Below are positions 38,211 to 47,196 of a stretch of 64,000 bases of DNA, one piece after another. Under the pieces are notes generated by a model that was given only the letters and a program-made list of their open reading frames with translations, was not told the origin of the DNA and searched no databases. Made by a program: the position numbers and the translations under genes. Source of the stretch: a virus. The stretch covers positions 1 to 64,000 of the IMG/VR virus record IMGVR_UViG_3300031841_003468. The stretch is one strand, 5' to 3'. How positions within the stretch are numbered: position 1 is the stretch's first letter; each line of letters starts with the position of its first letter.

Positions 38211-39528
38211 TTAATGTGTCCTTATGTACATAATAGTGTTCAAACGTCACTGTTGTATACGGGTTCTCAACTTTAATATAATTGTTTTCTACTAGCAGGT
38301 CATGAAGTTTCTGTGGTGCATACTCGATACTGATTGCTCCAAAGGTGTACTTGTCAAACGGGAAGTTTCTAAGTGCCTCATACTCTGCTCCTTCAATATC
38401 CATAGATAGGTACTCTATGAACTCAGGTGCATCTGCGTCCTTTAATATACTTTCTAATGTTCTAACTTCAAGCAGCTCTGTACTTACTGGATTAACATTA
38501 TGTCTTTCTAGCTTTTCTTCTAATACTTTAGTTCCAAACTTGTGCATCTCTGGAAACACACTAAAAGCTTTCTTATCACAATTAAGAAAATCCATCTGTT
38601 TGTTTTCGGCACCAACGCCAACATTATACCCCTTGCATCTTGGGGTAGTCAATGGAATGTTTCTTGCATCAACTCTTATGCCACTCCATTTGTAGTAGCT
38701 TTCTAATACCCATACACTACTCTTGGCCTTGATGTCGAACGCACCTAGATCAACAAAGTAGCCGTCTGTTTTGTGATTATATATATCTTCTACTACCCAC
38801 TTATCATTCCAAGTCTCGAAGTTCTGATATCTTTCATTTCCTATTTCATCGTACTGATATATGTTGGGTATGAGAAATCTCTTAGGTTTTTTATTAAACT
38901 TATTGGCTGGAGAAAGCCTCCATATCCAGTCATCATTATATAAACGAATGTTGAATTTAGCACATATATTTTTGAAGTTCTCTACTGGATTCTCAAAGAA
39001 ATCTTCATAGCAAAGGACATAAGTGTTCGTTTCTTCTGCTAGCTTAAGATATTTATCTAAGTAGTTTCTTAATTCATTATACCGATCCTTGATGAAGTCG
39101 GGTGGAATTTCATCTCTTACCATGTCGAAAAAGTCGTCTGGTTTTTCTTGTTGATCAGGAGCCCAATAGTCAATACCAGTTCTATCAAAGTAATTAGCTG
39201 AGATCCAGTTTGACCATGCCACATCTAATGTGTTACGCCTATAAATAAATATATTATCTGAGTTTCTAAACAAGTATTCATTGTGCTCTTCTGATAGCTG
39301 ATATCTTAATGTTTTCAGGCCATCATACCCCTCCTTGTTCAACAGCATATTAACTATTGAAACATCCTGCTCTTTGCACCTGCCCTTCCATTTACCCTCA
39401 GATATCTTTGCAAATGAAGCATCTGGATTGTAGGGTTCATATGCAAGCTTAAGTCCACCAGACTCTTTGAGTGCCATTATTATAGAAGTTGATCCGCACC
39501 TTGGCTGTAGGCCAAATATGTTTAGCAT
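38200..39528 (-). CDS. Sulfotransferase (Stf0-like) - FkbM methyltransferase fusion
   Basis: N-term PRCGST, EP, RRNxLDxAxS, YEDF; C-term FVDLGAxD, YLSMDIEGAEYEAL. Confidence 0.75.
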   Translation of the reverse strand: MLNIFGLQPRCGSTSIIMALKESGGLKLAYEPYNPDASFAKISEGKWKGRCKEQDVSIVNMLLNKEGYDGLKTLRYQLSEEHNEYLFRNSDNIFIYRRNTLDVAWSNWISANYFDRTGIDYWAPDQQEKPDDFFDMVRDEIPPDFIKDRYNELRNYLDKYLKLAEETNTYVLCYEDFFENPVENFKNICAKFNIRLYNDDWIWRLSPANKFNKKPKRFLIPNIYQYDEIGNERYQNFETWNDKWVVEDIYNHKTDGYFVDLGAFDIKAKSSVWVLESYYKWSGIRVDARNIPLTTPRCKGYNVGVGAENKQMDFLNCDKKAFSVFPEMHKFGTKVLEEKLERHNVNPVSTELLEVRTLESILKDADAPEFIEYLSMDIEGAEYEALRNFPFDKYTFGAISIEYAPQKLHDLLVENNYIKVENPYTTVTFEHYYVHKDTLNEA

Positions 39529-40511
39529 AAGATAGGCTCCAGCAGTCTAACTAACTCGTTACGCCATCCAGCTTGAGTCAACCAAGACTTATCCTGATCT
39601 TTCAGGTACTTATGAGCATCAATAATAAGTTGCTCTTGTGTAAGTATCCAACCAGCATGTTCCTGTGACTCCATGTACAGAGGGTAATCTTCACCCAAGT
39701 ATTCTACAACAGCGGGTATTTTATTTACAATCAATGGAGTGTTTCTTGCTATACATTCTACGACAGCATTGTTAGCTGAGCTATCATATAAATCAAGGTA
39801 GCAGACACAAGAGGACAACAGTTCATCGTATGTATCATTGTCTAGATGTCTGCCAACAACATGAGTATGAGCCCAGTTGTGCATCTTGCTGTAGTGGTCT
39901 GTCAGTCCACGCTCTTCAATGTTTCTTAAATGGTTAAAGTTTTCTATACCACCCGGAAGTATAAGTTTAGCCCAGTTCTGACACGGCACACGAGAGATAG
40001 AATATAACTTCCTTAGCCAGTATCCTACCTGAACCAGAGATCTTTTATTAATAAACATCTGGCCGTGAATATTTGTGTTTAAGAATTTATAGGGACACCA
40101 CTGAACGTCAGGTATTTCTGTGGGGTGCTTGAGTGATACGACTGGTACGTCAAGTCTTTCTTCTACCCAGCTCTTTAGGTAGTTAGATAATACGATAAGT
40201 CCTTTGCAGTGCTTCATAGACTCTTGAAATATTGGTCTAGCGAACATTGCCTGTGGTGAGTTATAAAAGTCAAACCAGTAAGGGTAGTCAGGTGGATTAT
40301 GCAGGAAGCCAACCCAAGGCTCACGATAAGGAACCTCTGGATGTTCACCCTGAAATACTCTGGTTACATCCCAGCAGAATGTTCTTTCTAAGAAGTCATC
40401 TACTAGAATGCCCGTAGGACTATGTAGTGGTCTCAAAGCATCCATGCAATACTTCCAACCACTTCTATGAGCACCAAACTCAATAGTTCTTCTGAGGTTG
40501 AGAGATAGCAT
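39522..40511 (-). CDS. Glycosyltransferase-like (GT-B) protein
   Basis: HRSGW, WVGFLHNP, YDELLS, DSSANNAVVECIARNTPL. Confidence 0.6.
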   Translation of the reverse strand: MLSLNLRRTIEFGAHRSGWKYCMDALRPLHSPTGILVDDFLERTFCWDVTRVFQGEHPEVPYREPWVGFLHNPPDYPYWFDFYNSPQAMFARPIFQESMKHCKGLIVLSNYLKSWVEERLDVPVVSLKHPTEIPDVQWCPYKFLNTNIHGQMFINKRSLVQVGYWLRKLYSISRVPCQNWAKLILPGGIENFNHLRNIEERGLTDHYSKMHNWAHTHVVGRHLDNDTYDELLSSCVCYLDLYDSSANNAVVECIARNTPLIVNKIPAVVEYLGEDYPLYMESQEHAGWILTQEQLIIDAHKYLKDQDKSWLTQAGWRNELVRLLEPILC

Positions 40512-40512
40512 A

Positions 40513-41403
40513 TTAGATAACCTTTCGGTTAATAGATGCCTCAATAAAGCCAATGTTATAAAGGGTCTTGAGGGTTACAAAGTTATAGTTGTAAAGCTTC
40601 TTCTTAGCTTCAGGGACGTCTGTCTGATAAGGAATCCACTTTGGTACTTTGTACTCCAGAGATTCAGGTGACTCGACAAACTTCTTCCAGAATAAGTCAT
40701 GCTTAGTCACATCGTCTTCATGGACTGAGTAAAGACCATCTGAGAAGCCCTGCATATAAAATTGCTCTTCCAATGACTCCATTGTTAGTGCTGATTCGGG
40801 TAGTGAGTATTGTATCCCTAGTGAATCGCTATAGATACATGTACCCTGTCGTTCGATAGCTCTGATGAATGTTGTGTTATCTAAGATAAGTTTATCTCTT
40901 AGGTTTGACACTGTGCTGTATCGTCCAGCACTTCGGTATGCTTCACCAGTGAACGCAATGTTGTGAATAGAGGGATAGACGTACTCCATACTGCTGATGT
41001 CTACAGTGAGTACGTTATCCATCGAAGGTAGCTTGAAGGGTTTATATACAGATGGAATATCTCCAACAATCCAGTCGGGTCTGTTACCTGAGATAACATA
41101 ATCAACTGGCCCACAAACAGCAGTAGCTTCAGAGAAAGCAAACAATGCTTTTACCTTGCTAATGTGATCGACATCAACCAGACTGTTAGCAGAGAGAAAG
41201 ACCAAGATATCTGCATCAGAGTTAATATTATTAATAGACTCTTCAGTTAATATAGTAGTCTTATCTGCTCCATCTAACGCAGACGGATCGACAAAGCCGT
41301 GTGTTAGTTGGGCACCTGTTTCCAAGGAAGTGTTTGAGTTAACAAACTGATTGCCTTTGGCATCCCGTACAGGGAAAATAAATAGTTCTACCTTCATGTC
41401 CAT
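40513..41403 (-). CDS. Degenerate GT2-like protein
   Basis: ADILVFL, AVCGPV, RPDW, NIAF...G; DxD motif not intact. Confidence 0.45.
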   Translation of the reverse strand: MDMKVELFIFPVRDAKGNQFVNSNTSLETGAQLTHGFVDPSALDGADKTTILTEESINNINSDADILVFLSANSLVDVDHISKVKALFAFSEATAVCGPVDYVISGNRPDWIVGDIPSVYKPFKLPSMDNVLTVDISSMEYVYPSIHNIAFTGEAYRSAGRYSTVSNLRDKLILDNTTFIRAIERQGTCIYSDSLGIQYSLPESALTMESLEEQFYMQGFSDGLYSVHEDDVTKHDLFWKKFVESPESLEYKVPKWIPYQTDVPEAKKKLYNYNFVTLKTLYNIGFIEASINRKVI

Positions 41404-41492
41404 TCCTTACATATTCTTAATGATAGTTAGGTACGCTACGATAGCTACGAAAGCTACAGCAATAAAGCGTTTGTTTCGTTCCTCTACTTGCA

Positions 41493-42047
41493 TTATAGTT
41501 CCTTTCCAAAGATCTTGTTACTGTCAAAGAAACGCCAGCGATTAAAATCCTCAACATCAGGACTGCTATGTACGTGCTCAAGATATCCGAGAAGCTCATC
41601 CCAGCTTCCAAATACCATCTCATGTGGCATCACACCAAACATCCAGTTGGGTAGAGTAGCTTTGCCACCTTCATTCATTACCAACAAAGGCTTCTTCTGT
41701 GCAATCGCAACAAAAGCTTCGTGGTATGAGCCGCACAGGTGAACATCAACATCCATATACATAATGATAAAGTGTGCGATGTCAACCATACGTAGGTCGA
41801 TGTTGGCAATGGGTTTCATGATACGAGTCACTTCATCCCAGTTGCCTTCTTCTTTCAACTTGTGAATTCGATTACGTGTGTCAAAGTCTTCTGGTGCATA
41901 GTCAGAAGGTTTGTCACATGGGTCTAAGACACCAACTCCCAAGTTATGTAACTTAGGGGTAATCATCTGCCGCCATGCAACTCCACCATCTTTAACACGA
42001 TCCATCGGGCCGCACAAATAAGTAATAGTATTCTCAAGTCTTTTCAT
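41493..42047 (-). CDS. Nucleoside 2-deoxyribosyltransferase/NMP hydrolase-like protein
   Basis: YLCGPM, WR, VLDP, DLRMVD, GSYHE, KP. Confidence 0.75.
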   Translation of the reverse strand: MKRLENTITYLCGPMDRVKDGGVAWRQMITPKLHNLGVGVLDPCDKPSDYAPEDFDTRNRIHKLKEEGNWDEVTRIMKPIANIDLRMVDIAHFIIMYMDVDVHLCGSYHEAFVAIAQKKPLLVMNEGGKATLPNWMFGVMPHEMVFGSWDELLGYLEHVHSSPDVEDFNRWRFFDSNKIFGKEL

Positions 42048-42070
42048 TTCATCAACTCCTTAAAATTTTC

Positions 42071-42400
42071 CTACAGTGATCGAATAGCGTCAGCTAAGAA
42101 CTCCTCGAATGAGTAGTACATCTTTTCCGATGCTAATTTGTCCACTATTGATTTAGCCTCTTTAGCTGAACAGCCTACGCTCCTCAGTGCAAGAATGGCA
42201 TCCTCTATATACATATTATCAGCAACTCCTGCATTTCGCACATTCTCAGTAAAGATTTCTTCCTGCTCTGGAGTATACTCAGGTTCCAGCCTTGTTGTGT
42301 TGGCTTGTACGCTTGCATAAATCTTTGCAGTACCGTTATCTATTACAGCCGTTATAACGACGATAATTGCGAGAAATACAGTTAGTCCTAATGTTCCCAT
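42071..42400 (-). CDS. Membrane-anchored protein with RuvA C-terminal-like domain
   Basis: N-terminal TM; EDAILALRSVGCSAKEAKSIV...EEFLADAIR. Confidence 0.5.
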   Translation of the reverse strand: MGTLGLTVFLAIIVVITAVIDNGTAKIYASVQANTTRLEPEYTPEQEEIFTENVRNAGVADNMYIEDAILALRSVGCSAKEAKSIVDKLASEKMYYSFEEFLADAIRSL

Positions 42401-42517
42401 TTTCCTATGTCCTTTGTTTCCACAAGTATTCCTCCCCCGAAGGAGAGGTCAACTTGTTTACCAAAACCACCGACACTTGTTTTATTTAGCAAGCTACAAC
42501 CAGTGGTTGATAGTAGT

Positions 42518-42545
42518 ATTATACATACTATGCTTAGGATTGCAA
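42518..42545 (-). promoter_or_regulatory. Sigma-70-like promoter
   Basis: TTGCAA-16nt-TATAAT. Confidence 0.6.
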
Positions 42546-42567
42546 TACCTTTTTTCATATTTTTCTC

Positions 42568-43431
42568 CTAAACTTTGGCAAGGGCTGGAACACGGACAGA
42601 TAGCTTGGAGACCAACTCTTTCATGCGGTCACCAACTGCTCGTCGCCATACATCGTCGTAGTTTTTCTTGGATGCAGGCTGGTCTACCATGTAGACACTA
42701 CCTTCAATCTTATCGTTGAAGAGTGCAACAACCTCATACTTGCAGGTACGCATCTTCTGGAACTTAGCGTCACTAGGAACACTAACAACATCCATAGGAT
42801 TGACCTTGCAGATGACGATCTGGTTTCCACCACCAGATGTTGGGTCACTGCCATTGAAGCCGCCGTAGCTATCTACATAATCAAAGGCACCAACATGTAG
42901 CCCATGACTACAGTGAACATCTCGGTTGTCGTCAACACTCTCTCGTGGGAGTTCACAGACGGAACCAACTGAGTTATTGATAGAGCCACTATAAATATCC
43001 TTGAAGTCCTCACGCACAGCCTTGTACGCCAAGAAGCAACCATCACTGGTGATTGGAAGATTCTTGTGCTGTAGGAAGTCAAACATCTCAACCAAAGCAC
43101 GATCCGAAGGATTGTTGTTCAGGTTGTCTAGGAAGTTTAACATTGAATCGAAGGAATGTCCATCCTTCTTCATGTCCAGAATGCGGTCGCCAAATAGCTC
43201 AGGCATTTCTACGCCTTCCCATTCGAGCACACCCTTAGCACAGGAAATGTGACCATCACTGAACTGCTCAATCTTATCAGCAATGTTATACTCTGCTTCA
43301 AAGTACTCTACATTGCCACGCTCTAAGTAACCGACAAGTTTGTCGTAGGACGGGTGGTCAGTTCCAAAGTTATAAGTGGCTCCACTTACTACTGCTGTAA
43401 CTCGTCCTGAATCTGTTTGTATGTAACGCAT
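42568..43431 (-). CDS. rIIB: rIIB-like protein
   Basis: FLDNLNNNPS, LPITSDGCFLAYKAV, CSHGLHVG, KVNPMDVVSVP, KMRTCKYEV. Confidence 0.9.
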   Translation of the reverse strand: MRYIQTDSGRVTAVVSGATYNFGTDHPSYDKLVGYLERGNVEYFEAEYNIADKIEQFSDGHISCAKGVLEWEGVEMPELFGDRILDMKKDGHSFDSMLNFLDNLNNNPSDRALVEMFDFLQHKNLPITSDGCFLAYKAVREDFKDIYSGSINNSVGSVCELPRESVDDNRDVHCSHGLHVGAFDYVDSYGGFNGSDPTSGGGNQIVICKVNPMDVVSVPSDAKFQKMRTCKYEVVALFNDKIEGSVYMVDQPASKKNYDDVWRRAVGDRMKELVSKLSVRVPALAKV

Positions 43432-43450
43432 AATCGTAATCTCCTTAAAA

Positions 43451-45511
43451 TTAACCCTTGATCATATTGATGTAGTTGATAATGTCATCTCTCTGGTCTG
43501 AATTCATTCCCCAGCTACAAGCGTGCTTGAGCATTGGGTATGTCTTATTCATTATATCTATATTGTTCGACCAGTCAATAGATAATTCTTTAACTTCTTC
43601 TGAAAAATCTGCCATAATTCCCAGAGATTCTGCTCTAGTAGTCAAGAGCTTCCATGTATGGCCGATCTCAATCTCTGTTCCTGCAACGATATCCTTGTGG
43701 ATACTAGTGAACACAGGGCATCCGGTTTCGTCTGCGAGATATTTGATGTCCTCATGACTTAGACCATTAATGTAGTTCTCAGGCTTGGAAGAAACTCTAG
43801 CAATATTATGTATATTGTCAGCAACTTTTGCACGAATTAAATCTTCTAATTTATACGTTAGGTTGTGCCAGTTATCCTTGCTACCAATCTTCTTGCTCTT
43901 AGCAACAGAAGGAGTTAACTTGTGGAAGTTTGAGACATCTAGGTCTGGATCAATCCCTACTAATGCTCTAATAGTTTCCTCTACTCGGAATAAAGTCCAT
44001 CCATTCTTTCGGTTGATTAGATTGTCACGGGACACTTCGATGTAGTAGTGTACACCATCATTCATATCAATTTTAGTATCTACCCATGAGTTGTAACGCT
44101 CACCTGTTGCTGTTGGAATAGTAGCTACTCCACGCTTCCCACGAGCACCTGTGAATGTTCGAGTTGAATCAGGCTTAGCTAAGCTAGATGCCAGAACAAT
44201 GTCCTCATCAGTAGTACCAAGTATACTATGTACAGTAGACAGTGGCCAATCCTTAGAGATTAAGAAAGCAGAATCCCGGCCATGAATAGAACATCGTTCT
44301 TCTTCGATCATTAGTTTGACACGACTCACTGCGGCAGGAGCATCATTATATACCAAGGTGTGTTCTGCACGGACACTTGTAGGATTAAAGTTTGCAACCT
44401 TCTCTTTGTATGAATCCCACTTGTAACCCTTCATGAACCCTTCTGGAGTCCTAAGTGTTTTGTATGCATCCTCAAAGATAGGTACACCCTTCCACTCATT
44501 GACTTCATCGAAGATGTGTGATAGTGAGCTAACCAGTCGGAACTGCCTAGACGCAACAGTCAATGCCTTGCGAGCTTTCCAGAGAGAACCACATTCATCA
44601 ATCTCAACAGCAAGGTTCAATGCGATGTCTTCTACAAGTCGGTTGACAGCAGTATTGATAGCCTCGATTGTTTTAGGATTATATGATAAGCTCTCACGAG
44701 ATGGGGTAATGTCCATGTCTCCGATGTTGGCCAAGATAGCAATGGCAAAGCCAGAGTCAAGAATCTCACGAGTAACCCCACTGAAGTGCTCACGGTCAAT
44801 AGGGTATGAGATCTGACCCATGATAACACGATTTCCACCGTACTCGCTGATAGCCCATCCATCACCAGAGAATGTGTACTCGTAGTCATGGTAGTGTGCA
44901 TCAGCACCAACCATAGTTGGTCGAACAGTGAAGTGCTCAAAGATAACTTCAGCTTCAGTCCTAAAGTCCCAGCGATCTTCCTGTTTGGTATTAATAGTAA
45001 CCTTGAGACCACTTGGCTCATCACTAGGCTCAGAAGATAGCAAAGAAAAGACAGGCTCATTGTGCTCATTCTTGTAGGCAGTGTAAACACTATGAGTGCC
45101 AGCATGGAAAGATTCTACAATGAAGTTGTCAGTATAAGCAAATGGTGACTTACTACCCAGACCAAGACAGCCAACTGCATCATTGCTACTAGTCTTCGTA
45201 CTGCGGAAGTAGGTGGTATATAATGTTGTAGCATCTTCGTGGCTAAGACCATTACCGAAGTCACGGACATGGAACTCATGGTTGAGCTGAGTAGGCAAGC
45301 ATACCTCAAATGGTACGTCTGCATTGCCAGCTTCGACGTGTGCATCGTAAGCATTAGTAGATAGCTCACGCACAACAGCCTTGATTTTGTTAGAGTACAA
45401 TCCATCAGAAAGGATAGAAAAAGCCTTCGCAGTTGCCTCAATATTGAAGTTTGAGGTCTCGAAATCGCCAGATCGTACAACTTTATTCTGATTAATGTTT
45501 CCAAGTTTCAT
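43451..45511 (-). CDS. rIIA: rIIA-like protein (GHKL ATPase N-terminus)
   Basis: LYSNKIKAVVRELSTNAYDAH, VRDFGNGL, GCLGLGSKSPFAY, PSRESLSY; adjacent to rIIB. Confidence 0.9.
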   Translation of the reverse strand: MKLGNINQNKVVRSGDFETSNFNIEATAKAFSILSDGLYSNKIKAVVRELSTNAYDAHVEAGNADVPFEVCLPTQLNHEFHVRDFGNGLSHEDATTLYTTYFRSTKTSSNDAVGCLGLGSKSPFAYTDNFIVESFHAGTHSVYTAYKNEHNEPVFSLLSSEPSDEPSGLKVTINTKQEDRWDFRTEAEVIFEHFTVRPTMVGADAHYHDYEYTFSGDGWAISEYGGNRVIMGQISYPIDREHFSGVTREILDSGFAIAILANIGDMDITPSRESLSYNPKTIEAINTAVNRLVEDIALNLAVEIDECGSLWKARKALTVASRQFRLVSSLSHIFDEVNEWKGVPIFEDAYKTLRTPEGFMKGYKWDSYKEKVANFNPTSVRAEHTLVYNDAPAAVSRVKLMIEEERCSIHGRDSAFLISKDWPLSTVHSILGTTDEDIVLASSLAKPDSTRTFTGARGKRGVATIPTATGERYNSWVDTKIDMNDGVHYYIEVSRDNLINRKNGWTLFRVEETIRALVGIDPDLDVSNFHKLTPSVAKSKKIGSKDNWHNLTYKLEDLIRAKVADNIHNIARVSSKPENYINGLSHEDIKYLADETGCPVFTSIHKDIVAGTEIEIGHTWKLLTTRAESLGIMADFSEEVKELSIDWSNNIDIMNKTYPMLKHACSWGMNSDQRDDIINYINMIKG

Positions 45512-45557
45512 GTTAAAATCTCCGGTAAAAATAGTGTTTTTCGACTTGTATGCCCTA

Positions 45558-45585
45558 ATTATACATAGTTATCGGCATAAGTCAA
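45558..45585 (-). promoter_or_regulatory. rIIA promoter with CGATA spacer motif
   Basis: TTGACT-TATGC-CGATA-ACTATG-TATAAT. Confidence 0.8.
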
Positions 45586-45649
45586 ACAGAAATTTAGAAA
45601 AATTCAGAAAATTTATGTGCAATTTCCTGCATTCGTTTACATTATATGG

Positions 45650-45835
45650 GTGAAGACGAGGTGACAGCGACACGATGATCGAAAGATCACATACCTCATT
45701 CTTCACATTTCTCAACTCCCTTAATGTGTGTCCGATGAGGTACGGCATATTTACTTTTTATTACCTCATGAGAGTTTCGGCTCTCACGAACTCCCCCTTG
45801 GAGGCAGTAGATACCCCTCTGCTGCCTCCTTTTTT
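45650..45835 (+). ncRNA. Candidate structured RNA (two degenerate repeat units, GAAA and UUCG tetraloops, possible pseudoknot) ending in an intrinsic terminator
   Basis: Hairpins with GNRA/UUCG loops readable on + strand; ATGAGGTA/TACCTCAT complementarity. Confidence 0.6.
45800..45835 (+). terminator. Intrinsic terminator
   Basis: GGAGGCAGTAGA-TACCCC-TCTGCTGCCTCC-TTTTTT. Confidence 0.85.
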
Positions 45836-45852
45836 ATTTGTGAGGAAAACAA

Positions 45853-45987
45853 ATGAGGATGCGAAAGATCCATAAACGTGAGGTTTACAAAAAGTATGCC
45901 CAGTCAAATGTGACACAGCCAAAGAAGACAAGTCTTCCAAATGTAATTAGAACTCGGATTCAGAAAGTTAAAGATATGCTACTCTAG
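45853..45987 (+). CDS. Small basic protein (44 aa, not in ORF track)
   Basis: MRMRKIHKREVYKKYAQSNVTQPKKTSLPNVIRTRIQKVKDMLL; GAGGA RBS; stop overlaps the convergent minus-strand stop. Confidence 0.5.
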   Translation: MRMRKIHKREVYKKYAQSNVTQPKKTSLPNVIRTRIQKVKDMLL

Positions 45988-46325
45988 ATAGTATTCTTCT
46001 TTATGTCTCGTTCCTGAAGTTCCATTAACATATCAAATAAAGCTTTACCATTCTGGTTATTGATTATAATCTTTTCTTTATGGTCTTTAAGTGCTTCATC
46101 TATTAGCCGATCATTCTCGATTAGCTCTTCGACTGCATTCAACATATCATTATTATTATTGTTAGCAAAGTACATATTGCCAACACATAGACCTAGATTA
46201 GTTACAGTAGCAAGAAAGAGTAGCTTAATACCAAGAGGGTATCTTACTCTGTGTTTGATTTTTGCTCTGCCCTTTGATTCAGGTTCAGATGGTGCGGTTG
46301 GACTAAATCCTTGAATAGTTGCCAT
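45984..46325 (-). CDS. Single-TM coiled-coil protein
   Basis: Hydrophobic helix followed by coiled coil; GAGGAG RBS. Confidence 0.55.
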   Translation of the reverse strand: MATIQGFSPTAPSEPESKGRAKIKHRVRYPLGIKLLFLATVTNLGLCVGNMYFANNNNNDMLNAVEELIENDRLIDEALKDHKEKIIINNQNGKALFDMLMELQERDIKKNTI

Positions 46326-46328
46326 AAG

Positions 46329-46844
46329 TTAGCTCCTCAATGTTGTGATAGTTAGTTGCCCATAACCATCGCCTGTTCCTTTTAACCCTGCTAATGACTT
46401 GATCGCAATAACATGGTTATCTTCATCAAATTGTATTACTGCGTTTTGCACAGAATAAAGATGTGAAGTTTGCTCTCCATCTACAATTCTAACTAAGTCT
46501 CTATTGTTAGTAACATAGTTTGGTTGAGCTCCTTTATAGTCAGCTACATAAAAAATCTTATCTCCGGTAGCAACTACAAAGCTTTGTTCTGGATAATATA
46601 AGCTTCTTACTGAGGCACAGATGTCCTCACAGAAGGCATAGGATACGTCCAGAATCGTTTCCATGAATGCATCTGCACTCATAGTCATGTATCTAGACTG
46701 CCAAGCAATCTTGTTTGCAAAGCGAGTCTTGTTAGTAGGTGAATCATCATAGCGGTACATTTTCTTGAAGTTACTCTTAGCTTTAATACTAACAGTACCG
46801 TCATTACTATAATAAGTTGGTGATCCAATAAAAAGTAAGCTCAT
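46329..46844 (-). CDS. Hypothetical protein
   Basis: 171 aa, AAAGGAG RBS. Confidence 0.6.
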   Translation of the reverse strand: MSLLFIGSPTYYSNDGTVSIKAKSNFKKMYRYDDSPTNKTRFANKIAWQSRYMTMSADAFMETILDVSYAFCEDICASVRSLYYPEQSFVVATGDKIFYVADYKGAQPNYVTNNRDLVRIVDGEQTSHLYSVQNAVIQFDEDNHVIAIKSLAGLKGTGDGYGQLTITTLRS

Positions 46845-46932
46845 AATAATTCTCCTTTCTTGTCTTGTTGGGGGGTATAAGCGATTGACACTGGAACTTA
46901 ATCTGGTCTCTGGCCTATTCCCCCCATGTAAG

Positions 46933-47004
46933 TAGGGGATAGAGGAATCGAACCTCTATCGTCGGTTTAGAAGACCGATGTTCTATCCGTTGAACTAATC
47001 CCCC
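46933..47004 (-). tRNA. tRNA-Arg(UCU)
   Basis: Full cloverleaf; anticodon arm TCGGT-CTTCTAA-ACCGA; T-loop TTCGATT; no encoded CCA. Confidence 0.93.
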
Positions 47005-47016
47005 TCATGCCCTTAT

Positions 47017-47045
47017 ATTATATCGACATGCACAGGGATTGTCAA
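47017..47045 (-). promoter_or_regulatory. Consensus sigma-70 promoter for tRNA-Arg
   Basis: TTGACA-17nt-TATAAT. Confidence 0.85.
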
Positions 47046-47196
47046 CACTATTTATCGGTATTTTCAGAATTATTTTTGGCAGCAATTCTAGCTTGAGTTT
47101 CTGCTCGCTGTTTTTCTAGCATTTCACGACGAGCCTTCCAGTCAGTATCTGACGTGTTGCGACCATCATATGAAACGATGAATTTGTTATCAGCCA

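Noticed and set aside
44632-45504. Long alternative-frame ORFs inside rIIA, and most plus-strand ORFs in the track
   Set aside because: Shadow frames of codon-biased genes, with no RBS or recognisable motifs
45725-45800. Hammerhead, pistol or HDV ribozyme; fluoride or preQ1 riboswitch
   Set aside because: CCGATGAG is not followed by a correctly placed GAAA core, and the conserved nucleotides of the other families are missing
46860-46932. Theta/HDV-like ribozyme 3' of tRNA-Arg
   Set aside because: No P2/P3/P4 nested double pseudoknot or catalytic-C J4/2 after the C-run
46933-47004. Amber suppressor tRNA or stop-codon recoding
   Set aside because: The 7-nt loop CTTCTAA centres on TCT (Arg); TAG, TGA and TAA all end intact genes, so code 11 fits
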